Shown piece after piece: positions 12,979-24,399 of a DNA stretch of 64,000 nt (position 1 is its first letter; the number at the start of each line of letters is the position of its first letter). Where the stretch lies: positions 138,818 through 202,817 of the forward strand of contig CAVVGO010000003.1 in the NCBI GenBank assembly GCA_963747835.1, written 5' to 3'. Source of the DNA: an uncultured Alphaproteobacteria bacterium. GTDB taxonomy: Bacteria; Pseudomonadota; Alphaproteobacteria; Rhizobiales; Xanthobacteraceae. The position numbers and the translations under genes were made by a program. The notes beneath the pieces were generated by a model, which was not told the DNA's origin, did no database searches, and saw only the letters and a program-made list of their open reading frames with translations.

Positions 12979-14004
12979 TCACGCCGCCTTCTTCTCCAGG
13001 TCGACCTTCCACTGCCCAAGGCTCGCAAGCCCGTTCATCCGGGCGCGATGCGAAAACGCGCGTTGCGCGGCGGCGACGTTCTCGGATTTGCCCGACCACA
13101 CTTTCTGCGGTGCGTGCTGGAGCGCGCGGCCATACGAGAACGTAAGCCGCCACGGCAGGTTGCCGATCCGGTTCATCGCATCGAGATGCGCGGTTGCCTC
13201 CTCGTCCGATTGGCCGCCCGACAGGAACGCGACGCCCGGCACGGCACCCGGCACGCATTCCTTGAGGAGCCGGATGGTTTTCTCGGCGACCTCTTCGACG
13301 CCGGCGCGCTTGGCATTCTTCTGGCCGGAGATCACCATGTTCGGCTTGAGCACCATGCCCTCCAGCGCAACGCGGTTGTAGTAGAGTTCCTGGAACGTCT
13401 CCTTGAGCACCCGCTCGGTCACGGCGCGACAGCGGTCGATGTCGTGATCGCCGTCCATGAGAACTTCAGGCTCGACGATCGGCACGATCTGGGCAGCCTG
13501 GCACAGCGCCGCATAGCGCGCGAGCGCGTGAGCATTGGCATGAATGGCGCTGTAAGTCGGAATGCCCGCGCCGATGTCGATCGCGGCACGCCACTTCGCA
13601 AAGCGCGCGCCCTGCTCGTAGTATTTCGGCAGACGGTCGGCGAGTTTGTCGAGGCCGATGGTGATGACTTCGTTGGGGCACTCCGGGAGCGGCTTGGTGC
13701 CCTCGTCCACCTTGATGCCCGGCAGCGCACCGGAGTTGCGGATGAGCTTTACCAACGGGGTGCCGTCCTTGGCTTTCTGCCAGATGGTCTCGTCATACAG
13801 GATGATGCCGGAGATGTGGTTGCGGATCGCCTCGGTCGAGCGGAACAGCATTTCGCGGTAATCGCGCCGGTTCTCCTCGGTGTTCTCCACACCGATCGCA
13901 TCGAACCGCCGCTTGATGGTGCCGGTGGATTCGTCCGCCGCCAACAGGCCCTTGCCGGGAGCCACCAATGCGGTTGCGACCTTGTTCAAATCGGCGAGGT
14001 TCAT
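12979..14004 (-). CDS. fba: Fructose-bisphosphate aldolase, class I
   Basis: GKGLLAADESTGTIKRRFDAIGVENTEENRRDYREMLF...LKPNMV...FLSGGQS is the class I aldolase signature. Last gene of the tkt-gap-pgk-fba string. Confidence 0.92.
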   Translation of the reverse strand: MNLADLNKVATALVAPGKGLLAADESTGTIKRRFDAIGVENTEENRRDYREMLFRSTEAIRNHISGIILYDETIWQKAKDGTPLVKLIRNSGALPGIKVDEGTKPLPECPNEVITIGLDKLADRLPKYYEQGARFAKWRAAIDIGAGIPTYSAIHANAHALARYAALCQAAQIVPIVEPEVLMDGDHDIDRCRAVTERVLKETFQELYYNRVALEGMVLKPNMVISGQKNAKRAGVEEVAEKTIRLLKECVPGAVPGVAFLSGGQSDEEATAHLDAMNRIGNLPWRLTFSYGRALQHAPQKVWSGKSENVAAAQRAFSHRARMNGLASLGQWKVDLEKKAA

Positions 14005-14130
14005 TGCATCTTCTCCGTCCTGAGCCGCGCCAATGCGGCGGCGATCGATTAGGTCAAAATTGCCGGGCGCCGAACCGGAAACCCGCGGGTTTGCCTTCCT
14101 GTACGCGCAAGCGGTTCATTCTGAATGAAT

Positions 14131-15324
14131 TTATGCCACCCGCAAGACCTCGACGCCCGGCAGCGCTTTTCCCTCCATCCACTCCAGGAAGGCGCCGCCC
14201 GCCGTCGATACATAGGTAAAGCGATCCGCCGTCCCGGCCGCGTTGAGCGCCGCCACGGTGTCGCCGCCGCCGGCGACCGATACGAGCCTGCCCCGCGCGG
14301 TCAGTTCGGCGGCAGCTTCGGCAACCTCAACGGTTCCGTTATCGAACGGTTCCATCTCGAAGGCCCCAAACGGGCCGTTCCACACCAGCGTCTTCACCCG
14401 CGCCAACACCGACACCACGGCTTCGATGGATCGCGGACCGATATCGAGGATCATATCGTCCGGCCCAATGGCATCGACCGACGTTACCCGGGATGGCGCA
14501 TGGGCTTTGAATTCCTTGGCTACGACCGTATCGATCGGCAGCACGATCTCGCACTTTTGCGCCGCGGCCTTGACGAGAATTTGTCGCGCCGTCTCGGCGA
14601 GATCGTGCTCGCACAGCGATTTGCCAACCGCCTTGCCCTGGGCGGCGAGAAACGTATTGGCCATGCCGCCGCCGATGATGAGGGCGTCGACTTTGGCGAC
14701 GAGGTTGCCGAGCAGATCGAGCTTGGTCGAAACCTTGGCGCCGCCGACGATCGCGGCCACCGGACGCTGCGGCGTCTCCAGCGCCTTGGCGAGCGCGTCG
14801 AGTTCGGCCTGCATGGTGCGGCCCGCATAAGCCGGAAGCTTGTGGCCTAGCCCTTCGGTCGACACATGAGCGCGGTGGGCGACCGAGAAGGCGTCGTTGA
14901 CCCACAAGTCGCCAAGGGACGCGAGCGCGGCAGCGAACGCCGGGTCGTTCGCCTCTTCCCCCTTATGAAAGCGCGTGTTCTCGAGGCACAGGATGTCGCC
15001 GGGTTTCATGGCGTCGACGGCGGCCTGCGCGGCGGGGCCGACGCAATCCTCGGCGAATGCCACCGGGCGCTTGATCACCGCGGCAAGCACGGCGGCGACC
15101 GGCTTGAGCGACTGCTTGGGGTCGCACCCCTTGGGCCGGCCGAAATGCGACAACAGGATCACCTTGCCGCCTTTGTCGGCGACCTCCGTGATCGTGGTCG
15201 CGACGCGCTCGATGCGCGTCAGATCGCTCACCTTGCCGTTGTCCATCGGCACGTTGAGATCAACGCGGAGCAGCACGCGCTTGCCGCGCAGGTCGACCTG
15301 ATCGAGTGTGCGAAACGCCCCCAC
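14131..15324 (-). CDS. pgk: Phosphoglycerate kinase
   Basis: [24 protein letters not shown]...SHFGRPKG...GGAKVSTKL...WNGPFGAFE...VAGGGDT. The start is uncertain: GTG at 15324 or 15333; the ORF track gives 15393, which would overlap gap. Confidence 0.9.
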   Translation of the reverse strand: MGAFRTLDQVDLRGKRVLLRVDLNVPMDNGKVSDLTRIERVATTITEVADKGGKVILLSHFGRPKGCDPKQSLKPVAAVLAAVIKRPVAFAEDCVGPAAQAAVDAMKPGDILCLENTRFHKGEEANDPAFAAALASLGDLWVNDAFSVAHRAHVSTEGLGHKLPAYAGRTMQAELDALAKALETPQRPVAAIVGGAKVSTKLDLLGNLVAKVDALIIGGGMANTFLAAQGKAVGKSLCEHDLAETARQILVKAAAQKCEIVLPIDTVVAKEFKAHAPSRVTSVDAIGPDDMILDIGPRSIEAVVSVLARVKTLVWNGPFGAFEMEPFDNGTVEVAEAAAELTARGRLVSVAGGGDTVAALNAAGTADRFTYVSTAGGAFLEWMEGKALPGVEVLRVA

Positions 15325-15335
15325 GTCCGCCACAA

Positions 15336-16343
15336 TCAGATCAGCTTGCCCATCGCCACCGCGGTATCGGCCATGCGGTTGGAGAAGCCCCATTCATTGT
15401 CGTACCAGGACATGACCCGCACCAGTGTGCCGTCCATGACCTTGGTCTGGTCCATGTGGAATACCGAGGAGCGGGCGTCATGATTGAAGTCGATCGAAAC
15501 ATTCGGCTGGTCGGTGTAGCCCAGAATGCCCTTGAGCTGCTGCTCGGCTGCGCGTCTGACCGCGCCGTTGATCTCGTCCTTGTCGGTCCGTCGCTTGGCG
15601 ACGAACTTGAAATCGACCACCGAGACATTCGGAACCGGCACCCGGATGGCGACGCCGTCAAGCTTGCCGTTGAGTTCCGGCAGCACGAGGCCGACCGCCT
15701 TGGCGGCGCCGGTCGAGGTCGGGATCATGGATAGCGCCGCTGCGCGCCCGCGATAGAGGTCCTTGTGAAACTGGTCCTGGGAGGGCTGGTCGTTGGTGTA
15801 GGCGTGCACCGTCGTCATGAACCCCTTCTCGATCCCGACGGCATCGTTCATCACCTTGGCGAGCGGTGCCAGGCAATTGGTGGTGCACGACGCATTCGAA
15901 ACCACGAGGTGCTGCTTGGTCAGCTTGTCGTGGTTGACGCCGTAGACCACGGTGAGATCGGCATGGTCGGCTGGCGCCGAGATGAGGACGCGCTTGGCGC
16001 CGGCGTCGAGGTGGACCTTAGCCTTGTCCCGGGACGTGAAGATGCCGGTGCATTCGAGCGCGACGTCGACGCCCAGGTCCCGCCATGGCAGTTCGGCCGG
16101 GTTGCGGATCGCCGTCACCTTGATGGGTCCGGTGCCACAATCGAGGGTGTCGCCGGCTACCTTGACCTCGCCGGGAAAGCGCCCGTGGACGGAATCGAAG
16201 CGCAACAGGTGAGCGTTGGTTTCGACCGGCGCGAGATCGTTGATCGCCACCACTTCGATGTCCTTGCGGCCCGCCTCAACGATGGCGCGTAGGACATTGC
16301 GGCCGATGCGGCCGAACCCGTTGATGGCGACACGAACTGACAT
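15336..16343 (-). CDS. gap: Glyceraldehyde-3-phosphate dehydrogenase, type I
   Basis: [20 protein letters not shown]...[12 protein letters not shown]...[15 protein letters not shown] at 16343 preceded by GAGGAG. Confidence 0.95.
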   Translation of the reverse strand: MSVRVAINGFGRIGRNVLRAIVEAGRKDIEVVAINDLAPVETNAHLLRFDSVHGRFPGEVKVAGDTLDCGTGPIKVTAIRNPAELPWRDLGVDVALECTGIFTSRDKAKVHLDAGAKRVLISAPADHADLTVVYGVNHDKLTKQHLVVSNASCTTNCLAPLAKVMNDAVGIEKGFMTTVHAYTNDQPSQDQFHKDLYRGRAAALSMIPTSTGAAKAVGLVLPELNGKLDGVAIRVPVPNVSVVDFKFVAKRRTDKDEINGAVRRAAEQQLKGILGYTDQPNVSIDFNHDARSSVFHMDQTKVMDGTLVRVMSWYDNEWGFSNRMADTAVAMGKLI

Positions 16344-16505
16344 TTCCGGCTCCTCGGTTCCCCAGCGATCACGCGTCATATGTCATTGCGGCTGGCGTTG
16401 CGCCACCCACTCCGGTCGGATCGCGGGATAGGAACGTGGCGGCCGGCGCGGTGCTCAATTTTGCGGCGTTGATATCATACGGGGGCGGCGTTGCCAGCGC
16501 CGATT

Positions 16506-18575
16506 TCAACCGGTGGAAAGTTTGGTCAACGCGGCCTCGGCCACGCGCTCGGCCGTGATCCCGAAGTGGCGATAGAGGTCCTTGGCAGGGGCGCTGGCGC
16601 CGAACCCGGCCATGCCGACGAACGCCCCATCGGATCCGATGATGGCGTCCCAGCCCTGCCGGATCGCGGCTTCGACACCGACCCGGACCTTCGCCGGGCC
16701 AATCACGGCGGCCTGAACGGCAGGCGGGGCGTTCAACAGCAATTCAAAGCACGGCACTGACACCACCCGGGCCGCGACGCCGCTGGCCGCCAGGAGCTTG
16801 CGCGCCTCGACCGCGATCGCGACCTCGGAACCGGTGGCGAACAGCGACACGGCGGCGGCGCCATCCGCGGCGGGGAGGAGCTCATAGGCTCCAGCCGCGC
16901 AGCGGTTTTCCGCCGAAATGCCGGTGCGTAATTGCGTTAGGTTCTGCCGCGTCAGCACCAGGACGCTGGGCGCGCGATTCGACGCGAGCGCGAGTTCCCA
17001 GCATTCCGCCGTCTCCACGCTGTCGCAAGGGCGGAACACCAGGAGGTTCGGAATCGTTCGTAGCGCCGCCAAATGCTCGACCGGCTGATGGGTCGGGCCA
17101 TCCTCGCCGAGGCCGATCGAGTCGTGCGTCATCACGTGGATGACCCGCAGGCCCATCAGGGCGGCCAGCCGGATCGCGGGCCGGCAGTAGTCGGAGAACA
17201 CCAGGAACGTGCCGGAATATGGGATGATGCCGCCATGCAGCGCCATGCCGTTCATGGCCGCCGCCATGCCGTGCTCCCGGATGCCATAATGGATGAAGCG
17301 GCCCTCCGGGCGGGCGGCCGACAGCACCGCCATTCCTTTCGGCCTGGTATTGTTCGAGCCGGTGAGGTCCGCCGACCCGCCGACCATTGCGGGCACTGCC
17401 GTGGTCAGCGTTTCGAGTGCGAATTCCGAGGCCGCCCTGGTGGCGATGTCCTTGGGCGCGGCGGCGAGCTTTTCCTTGATGCCGCGAACCGCAGCCGCAA
17501 GTGCGTCCCTCGGCAGCTCGCCCGCAATCCTGTGATTGAATTCAGTGCGCCGTTCGGGCGCGAGCTTTGCAATCCGTTGATCCCAGGCGAACCGCGCCGC
17601 CTTCGAACGCTGCCCGGCGCTGCGCCAGTCGGCCAGAATGTCGGCCGGCACCTCGAACGGCGGCGACGTCCAGCCGAGCCGCTCGCGGGCGCCCTTGATC
17701 TCCTCGGTGCCGAGCGGCGAGCCATGACTGCCGCTGGTTCCCGCCTTGGTCGGGGCGCCGAACCCGATGGTGGTGCGGCAGGCGATGAGGCTTGGACGGT
17801 CGTTCGCCTTCGCCCACGTGATGGCGGCCGCGATCGCGTCCGGGTCGTGACCGTCGATCCGGGTTGCGCACCACCCGGCGGCCTCGAAACGCTTGAGCTG
17901 GTCGACCGAATCGGAAAGCGACACCGGCCCATCGATCGAGATGCCGTTGTCATCGAACAGCACGATGAGCTTGGCGAGGCGGAGATGACCGGCGAGTGCG
18001 ATCGCCTCCTGGCTGATGCCTTCCATGAGGTCGCCGTCCGACGCGAGCACGAAGGTGTGGTGATCCACCACCTCGGCGCCGAATTCCGCCGCGACGTGGC
18101 GCTCCGCAATCGCCATCCCGACCGCGTTGGCAAGGCCCTGCCCGAGCGGGCCGGTGGTCGTTTCGACGCCGGGCACGTGGCCGTATTCCGGATGGCCGGC
18201 CGTAATGGACCCGATCTGGCGGAAGCGTTTGATCTGGTCGATCGTCACCGCTTCGTAGCCGAGGAGATACAGCACCGCATAAAGCAGCATCGAGCCGTGT
18301 CCGGCGGAGAGCACGAAACGGTCGCGATCGGACCAGCGCGGATCGGCGGGATCGAACGCGAGGAAACGCGTGAACAGCACGGTCGCAATGTCGGCCGCGC
18401 CCATGGGCAGCCCCGGGTGTCCCGACTTCGCCTGCTCGACCGCGTCCATGGCGAGCGCCCGGATGGCGTTTGCCATGCGGTCGTGAGCCGCCCTTTCGCC
18501 CACCCGCGCCGAGCCGGATTTTTCGATGCCGCGAAGCGGCGCCGTCGCCGCGGCGGATTGAGCCGCTTCCCCCAT
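16506..18575 (-). CDS. tkt: Transketolase
   Basis: [38 protein letters not shown]...[10 protein letters not shown]...[20 protein letters not shown]. The N-terminal 30 codons are not certain. Confidence 0.9.
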   Translation of the reverse strand: MGEAAQSAAATAPLRGIEKSGSARVGERAAHDRMANAIRALAMDAVEQAKSGHPGLPMGAADIATVLFTRFLAFDPADPRWSDRDRFVLSAGHGSMLLYAVLYLLGYEAVTIDQIKRFRQIGSITAGHPEYGHVPGVETTTGPLGQGLANAVGMAIAERHVAAEFGAEVVDHHTFVLASDGDLMEGISQEAIALAGHLRLAKLIVLFDDNGISIDGPVSLSDSVDQLKRFEAAGWCATRIDGHDPDAIAAAITWAKANDRPSLIACRTTIGFGAPTKAGTSGSHGSPLGTEEIKGARERLGWTSPPFEVPADILADWRSAGQRSKAARFAWDQRIAKLAPERRTEFNHRIAGELPRDALAAAVRGIKEKLAAAPKDIATRAASEFALETLTTAVPAMVGGSADLTGSNNTRPKGMAVLSAARPEGRFIHYGIREHGMAAAMNGMALHGGIIPYSGTFLVFSDYCRPAIRLAALMGLRVIHVMTHDSIGLGEDGPTHQPVEHLAALRTIPNLLVFRPCDSVETAECWELALASNRAPSVLVLTRQNLTQLRTGISAENRCAAGAYELLPAADGAAAVSLFATGSEVAIAVEARKLLAASGVAARVVSVPCFELLLNAPPAVQAAVIGPAKVRVGVEAAIRQGWDAIIGSDGAFVGMAGFGASAPAKDLYRHFGITAERVAEAALTKLSTG

Positions 18576-18902
18576 CGATGTACCTGCCGTGAGCTAAAAA
18601 AATCTCGCGCCCGGGATTGGAACGCTGCGTGCCAAGGCTGAGTTTCAAGGCTGCCTTTCAAGGCCGCGGACTGATTAACATGTGAGCCCGGCGAGTCAAC
18701 GAATTGGGCGCCCGTTGCGCGCCCAATGTGCGCCCATGGCCGCGCCATCCACACCTCTTGCACGGAATTGCGGATAGAATCGGCGATTGCGTTGACGCCC
18801 CGCCGGCTATGCCCGTAAGCTCTTACGCCATACGGGTCTTGCCATAATCGTCTGCGAAGTAGGGATGCACAGCCTGTGTTGGCAGCTGGCCCAGAGGGGG
18901 CG

Positions 18903-19184
18903 ATGAGCGACACGAGCGCGGTCGATCAGGCGGTCAAGCGCCTCCTGGATGCATTGGACGCGCTCGACGCCGTGATCGAACTGCGGCTCGAGGAATATGG
19001 CCGGCGCGGCTTGCTTGCCGAGCAAGTCCATGCCTTCAGCCTCGATCGGGCGCGACTGGCGTCCGAGCTCGACGGTGCGGCTGCGCGCTCGCGCGTGCTC
19101 GAGACCACCAATCGCGAGGCGGCGCGCCGCCTCGACGAGGCGATGAACACGATCCGCGCCGTGATCGTGGAGAATCAGCCTTAG
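18903..19184 (+). CDS. Small coiled-coil protein (DUF4164-like), the usual upstream partner of zapA in alphaproteobacteria
   Basis: MSDTSAVDQAVKRLLDALDALDAVIELRLEE...; ATG preceded by GAGGGGG. The family name is from memory of the synteny. Confidence 0.65.
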   Translation: MSDTSAVDQAVKRLLDALDALDAVIELRLEEYGRRGLLAEQVHAFSLDRARLASELDGAAARSRVLETTNREAARRLDEAMNTIRAVIVENQP

Positions 19185-19227
19185 TGCGCCGTAGAATCAA
19201 CCCGGTACGCGTAACGAGACTTCGGTC

Positions 19228-19614
19228 ATGGCTCATGTCAGCGTCACCATCAACAGCCGCCAATACCGCATGGCCTGCGACGACGGCCAGGAGCACCATC
19301 TCGGCCGGCTCGCCCACGACCTCGATCAGCGCATCAGCCATCTGCGCACGACCTTCGGCGAGATCGGCGACATGCGGCTCACCGTCATGGCGGCGCTGAT
19401 CCTCGCCGACGAGCTCTCGGAAATGCGCCAGCGCATGCGCAAGGTCGAGGAGGAACTGGCAAGCCTGCAGCAGGCGCGCGTCGCCGCAGCCGATCGCGCC
19501 GAGGCGACGCAGGCCGACCTCACCGCTGCATTCAACTCCGCCGCCGAACGCATCGAGAAGGCGGCCCGGCTGCTCGGCCAGACCAGCGACGGCCATCAGG
19601 TGGCGCTCGGTTGA
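19228..19614 (+). CDS. zapA: Cell division protein ZapA
   Basis: MAHVSVTINSRQYRMACDDGQEHHLGRLAHDLDQRISHLRTTFGEIGDMRLTVMAALILADEL followed by a coiled-coil tail. Confidence 0.85.
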   Translation: MAHVSVTINSRQYRMACDDGQEHHLGRLAHDLDQRISHLRTTFGEIGDMRLTVMAALILADELSEMRQRMRKVEEELASLQQARVAAADRAEATQADLTAAFNSAAERIEKAARLLGQTSDGHQVALG

Positions 19615-19654
19615 CAGCCCGCTGGCGTCTTGCCGCCGACAACACATTGCCGGT

Positions 19655-19822
19655 AGCGAATCCCGTCCCGGTGCATTACATTAATGGCGCGGGGCTGCGG
19701 AGTGCGTCAGGAGCCTTATCCCCGGGGCCTTAGCGATCCTCAAGGGAGCTGTCCCTGGTCGGACCCGTGGGTTCGGACATATGGCGCCCACCTACTTTCG
19801 TAGGGAACCCGGGATCGTTGCT
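19655..19822 (+). ncRNA. ssrS: 6S RNA (candidate)
   Basis: A 234-bp ORF-free gap sits exactly in the conserved zapA - ssrS - 5-formyl-THF cyclo-ligase slot. The 5' AGCGAAUCCCGUCCC (19655-19669) can pair, with small bulges, with GGGAACCCGGGAUCGUUGCU (19803-19822) to close a molecule of about 168 nt. The ends are approximate and the central bubble was not verified. Confidence 0.55.
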
Positions 19823-19854
19823 CCAACGGCTCTCGCGGCTCCGCACTTTTGGCG

Positions 19855-20451
19855 ATGGCAGATCCGCACAATCCGACCGAAACGCTTAAAGCCGACCTCC
19901 GCCGTGCCGCCACGGCGCGACGGGACGCGTTGCCGGCGTCCGAACGCTTGGCGGCTGCGCAGGAGATCACTGACCGCGGATTGCCTAACGGCGTTGTCGC
20001 CGGCCCCGGTATCATCGTGTCCGGCTATTCACCGCTGAGGAGCGAAATCAGCCCGCTGCCGCTGCTGCGGCGTCTTGCCGACGCCGGAGCCGGGCTTGCA
20101 CTCCCGGTCGTGGCCGGCCGCGGACAGCCGCTTACGATGCGGGCGTGGTCGTTCGGCGCCCCGCTCAACGCGGGCGTATGGGGCATTCGCGAGCCGCCGG
20201 CCGACGCCGCGGAAGTGTTCCCCGACATTCTGATCGTGCCGCTGCTCGCCTTCGACCGGGCGGGCCATCGGATCGGCTACGGCGCAGGTTATTACGACAT
20301 GACCATTACGCGCCTGCGCGCCTTGAAGCCGGTGACGGCGATCGGCATCGCGTTTGCGGCGCAGGAAGTCGCGGCGGTTCCGGCGACCCCCCGCGACGCG
20401 CCCCTCGATCTCGTGCTAACGGAGCGCGGGGCGATCGATTTCAGGGTGTGA
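19855..20451 (+). CDS. 5-formyltetrahydrofolate cyclo-ligase
   Basis: LRRAATARRDALPASERLAAAQEI...ILIVPLLAFDRAGHRIGYGAGYYDMT...PRDAPLDLVLTE. Conserved position after zapA/6S. Confidence 0.85.
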   Translation: MADPHNPTETLKADLRRAATARRDALPASERLAAAQEITDRGLPNGVVAGPGIIVSGYSPLRSEISPLPLLRRLADAGAGLALPVVAGRGQPLTMRAWSFGAPLNAGVWGIREPPADAAEVFPDILIVPLLAFDRAGHRIGYGAGYYDMTITRLRALKPVTAIGIAFAAQEVAAVPATPRDAPLDLVLTERGAIDFRV

Positions 20452-20455
20452 CTTC

Positions 20456-21278
20456 GTGCGGATTGTGTTCATTGGCGACATCGTCGGAAGAAGCGGGCGC
20501 AGCATCGTGACCGAGCGCCTGCCGGCGCTGGTGAACAACTGGAAGCTCGATTTCGTCGTCATCAACGGCGAGAACGCCGCCGGCGGGTTCGGCATCACCG
20601 AGTTCGATCTATCAGGATCTCGTGGGTGCGGGCGCCGACGCCGTCACGCTCGGCAATCATTCCTGGGACCAGAAGGAGGCTTTGGTCTTCATCGAGCGCG
20701 CTCCGCGCCTCATCCGCCCGGTCAACTACCCGAAAGGCACGCCGGGCCGTGGTGCCGCGCTGATCGAGGCGCGTAACGGCGCCCGCGTGCTTGTCGTCAA
20801 TGCCCTGGGCCGCGTCTTCATGGACCCGCTCGACGATCCGTTTGCCGCGCTGGAGCGCGAGATCGCCGCCTGTCCGCTCAAGACCGCAGCCGACGCCATC
20901 ATCATCGACATGCATGCCGAGGCCTCCAGCGAAAAGCAGGCGATGGGATTTTTCCTCGACGGCAAGGTGAGCCTCGTGGTCGGCACCCACACCCACGTTC
21001 CGACCGCCGATCATCAGGTGCTGCCCTACGGCACCGCCTTCATGACCGACGTCGGCATGACCGGCGACTACAATTCCTGCATCGGCATGGCCAAGGAGGA
21101 ACCGCTGACGCGCTTCCTGCGCCGGATTCCGAGCGGCAAGTTCGAGCCGGCACTCGGACCCGCAACCCTGTGCGGGCTTGCAGTCGAAACCGACGACGCG
21201 ACCGGCCTCGCGCGCCGCGTCGCGCCCATTCGACTCGGCGGCAAGCTCGAAGAGACCCGGCCGACGTTTTGGGAGTGA
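20456..21278 (+). CDS. YmdB-like metallophosphoesterase (TIGR00282 family), with one +1 break at 20603-20609
   Basis: MRIVFIGDIVGRSGRSIVTERLPALVNNWKLDFVVINGENAAGGFGITE (frame of 20456) joins IYQDLVGAGADAVTLGNHSWDQKEALVFIE...VVGTHTHVPTADHQVLPYGTAFMTDVGMTGDYNS (frame of 20622). Confidence 0.8.
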
Positions 21279-21431
21279 GGTGGGGTCTCGTTCCTGCGTC
21301 CGCGCACGTTCGCCCACGGAAGGCGCGGATCGCCCATCCCGGCGCGTCGGCCGACGTCCCGCGTGGTCGCGGCGCGAACGGCCCAAGGCAAAGTGTCAGC
21401 CGGCAGGTCCCGCCGGCCGACACGCTTTGAG

Positions 21432-23136
21432 CTAGCGAAGCTGGATCTTTACCAGTTTGGACGGCGGCCGATAGGCCGGAACCCACACGGTCGGGTGCGC
21501 GGCCGCGGTATCGACCTTCAAATCGCGCACCTCGTAGTTCGACGGCGTCATGTATTCCGTCGATTCCCCAGTGTTCATGTCAATGCGATACAAACGGCCG
21601 CTGCTGAAATCGTGCGTCCACACGATCTGGTTCTTGTCATCGGCGCTCGCCGAATAGGGTTCCGCGTAGGGCGCCGTGTAAGGCTTGGTCCCGGTAATGA
21701 GCGGGTATTCCTTGATGATCTTCTTGTCCGGATCGAACATCATGAGCTGGCCGGCGTAGAATTCGCCGGCCCACAGGCGATTCTGACCGTCGATCTGCCC
21801 GCGCCGCGGCCCAGACATGGGCGTGGGTGTCAGGTACTCGGCATATTCGACCGTCTTGGGATCGAAGATGCCGATCTTGCCTTCCTGCCAGATGTAAAGA
21901 TGGGTCCGGCCCTTGGAATCGGTGTCGGTGTCGTAGATTCCCTTATTCTTCGGAATCTTGAAGGTCGTCCGTTTCAGCTCTTCGCTACTGGTGTCGATCT
22001 TGGCGAGGTCGCCATTGCGCTGCAAATTCCAGACATTGCCGTCCGGGTCCAAACCAAACATGGCGCGGCCGGCCGACCAGCCCATGAACCGGCCTGTCTC
22101 CGGATCGTATTTGACGGTCCCGTTGTCCATGCCGACAATGACATTGCCCTGGCGATCGAATTGCAGTTCGTGCGCCCCGCCGCCGGGCGCGCCCGGGCGG
22201 GTGTCACCATCGCCCGTCATGTTGCGTCCTTCGCGTCCCGCTCCTTTCGGCGGCGAGAAGGGTATTTCCATCGCTTCGCCGGTCTTGGCGTCGACGCGCC
22301 CGAGAACGTAGGAGAAGTGATCGGTGTAGTACGCATATTTGTCGTTCATGACGACGTCGTGCGGCCACACGAACCGCCGATCACCGCGCAGCATGTAGAG
22401 TTCGCGGTCGCCGCCGCGGGGAAGCGCGTATTCGGTCACGACCAGATTGGTAGAGGCCGCATCGGTTGGCCGCGGGCGTTGCTTGAACGGGATAGTGTCG
22501 GAGGAACTCAGGTCCACGGATCGAGACCAGATAGTCGGCCAAGGGCTCGATGAACTGCTTCTGGCCGAACGCGTAGGTCCCCGGCGCCTCCTGCTCGGCG
22601 GGACGGCCCGCCATCTTCTTGACGACCTCGACCCACTCTTCCTTCGTACGCCCGGCCTGCAGCGCCCATTGCAGCGTGTGACAATTGCTGCATTGGGAAA
22701 ACAGCGTCTTCTGGTGGTCGGTGCCGGGAAGGCCGGCGATGATTTCGGACGCGGTCGCGTCTTCGTACGCGAGCGGCTTGGATTTCAGCGTGAAGTCGAC
22801 TTTCGCGGCTTTGCCTTCCGAAACGGCGACAGGCCGCGCGGTGTGCTCGAAATCCGGCAGCTCGATCGCGACCGAATAGGAGCCGGGCGTGAGGTCCGAC
22901 CAGGTCGGGAACGCGTATTCGCCCTTGGCGTCGGTGTAGACCGCCACCGTCATGGTGCTGTTGTCGCGATGGGCCTTGATGGGAATCCCGGCCAGTGCCT
23001 CGCCGGTGGACGAGACAACTTTGCCGGCGAGAAGCGACGCGCCTTCCGCAGCGAGCGTTGCGCTGGGCGACACGAAGGCACAGGCGGCCATGGCGACAGC
23101 CGTGAGTGCCGTTCCGACGTAGAGATTGGCTTTCAT
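21432..23136 (-). CDS. Exported carboxypeptidase-regulatory-like domain / c-type cytochrome (CSNCH) / beta-propeller (Vgb-like) fusion protein, with one +1 break near 22518
   Basis: ORF 22381-23136 has a signal peptide (MKANLYVGTALTAVAMAACAFVSPSATLAAEG), a CarboxypepD_reg-like beta-sandwich and the heme motif CSNCH. It continues as ...YLVSI | VDLSSSDTIPFKQRPRPTD... in ORF 21432-22517, which has repeated propeller-like blades. Confidence 0.7.
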
Positions 23137-23525
23137 CGTGGTGACCTTTCTCCGATGGGATGGGACGCGGGCCGAATTACGATTACTGCCGTTCGAAGTT
23201 AATACGCTACGCCATCAACCGGGGGGCTTCAAGAAGCCTGCTGAAAACTCAGGGGGGTCTCGAAAACTTGGAAGCTCCAAATGCCCTGAAGTAACGTGTC
23301 CGGTATCCTCGGGTGGATTGGAAACAAGTTTATGTCGATCTCGATTTACCTCGCTCGCGTCTTTTTCCGAACGTTCGGACCGACGGTTTGATTCGCCGGC
23401 ACTGCTTCGGGCGTTGGCATTGTTGACTCTTGCGGTCGCCTCTGAGAACGTGGTGGCAACGGTGAGAGAAGAAGAGGTCGCAAACACCGCCTGCGAAACG
23501 CCCCTCAAAAACAAGGAGAAAAAAT

Positions 23526-23765
23526 ATGAAGACGATCCTTTCCGCAGCGTTCCTTGGTGCAGGCGCTGTCCTGGTTTCCTTAGGAAGCGCGTCGGCGGTT
23601 CCGGCCGACGCCGGCGCAGTCGCCCGCGTGCAAGCCCCCGCCGATATCGTATTGGCGGCGGCCGGACCCGGACCCCAATACGGCCGGCGCGCCGGTTGCG
23701 CCCAAGGTCAAAAGCGTAGTGCCCGAACCGGATATTGCCGGCCGTCCCCGGCGGAATCCCGGTAA
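23526..23765 (+). CDS. Small exported hypothetical protein (79 aa)
   Basis: AAGGAGAAAAAATATG Shine-Dalgarno. Signal peptide MKTILSAAFLGAGAVLVSLGSASA. The C-terminal half is basic and unrecognised, and could itself be frame-damaged. Confidence 0.45.
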   Translation: MKTILSAAFLGAGAVLVSLGSASAVPADAGAVARVQAPADIVLAAAGPGPQYGRRAGCAQGQKRSARTGYCRPSPAESR

Positions 23766-24061
23766 CTCAGCGCGAATTCCTCTTCCTGCGTGTTATGCGC
23801 CCTAGAAATTAGCGGCTGGCTCTTGGTATGCGGAGCCGGCCGTTTGTACGCTTGCGCTCCATGCCGGCCAACGCGGCACGAGTTCGCGCTGTCCCGTCAG
23901 TGATGCTCACCGCTGATTAGGGTGTGATGCAGCGGGCCGGGTTTGGCGCTGACCAGGTCCCGGCCATCGCGTTGCTTGCCCACGGCGATACATCGATGAA
24001 GGGATCGAAGCTCTTTGCCCTTCACCCGGGCTTGTCGCGACGGACAAGGGCGCGGCAATGC

Positions 24062-24088
24062 GTTGACAATATAGGAATAGGCCTATAA
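24062..24088 (+). promoter_or_regulatory. Sigma70-like promoter TTGACA-N15-TATAAT carrying the core ATAGGAATAGGCCTA (copy 1)
   Basis: Read directly. The same 15-nt core behind a TTGACA recurs at 35105-35133. The core contains the 10-bp palindrome ATAGGCCTAT. Confidence 0.4.
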
Positions 24089-24155
24089 TGTGGAGTGCTG
24101 GTTCTCGCTGGACGATGGCTGATGGTCTTGGAGCCGACCGGCCGTTTCGGCGAAT

Positions 24156-24399
24156 CAAAGCCACCGCGAGGGCTTGGGATGAGGGCCAATTTGCCAAAAC
24201 GAACTCCGGATGAAAAGCATAATGGATTTAGGGATTCGATGAGAGATGCTGAAGCCTGCCGGCGCAATCGGCCTCTTCGATGAAGCCAGATCAATGTACG
24301 CTGATCAACGCGCGCGCGATTTTTGCAGAACAAAGCCACCGCGACGGCCTCCAAGCTCCGGTGATGATTTCTGCAAAACTGCAAAACAAAGCCACCGCG
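24156..24399 (+). repeat. Three direct copies of CAAAGCCACCGCG in a non-coding stretch
   Basis: Copies at 24156-24168, 24331-24343 and 24387-24399. The last two extend to 19/20 identity (TGCAGAACAAAGCCACCGCG / TGCAAAACAAAGCCACCGCG). Confidence 0.85.

Noticed and set aside
17073-18641. 522-aa plus-strand ORF; similarly 60740-62017 on the minus strand and 29353-30570 on the plus strand
   Set aside because: They are antisense to tkt, miaB and groEL/groES respectively, with no recognisable domains.
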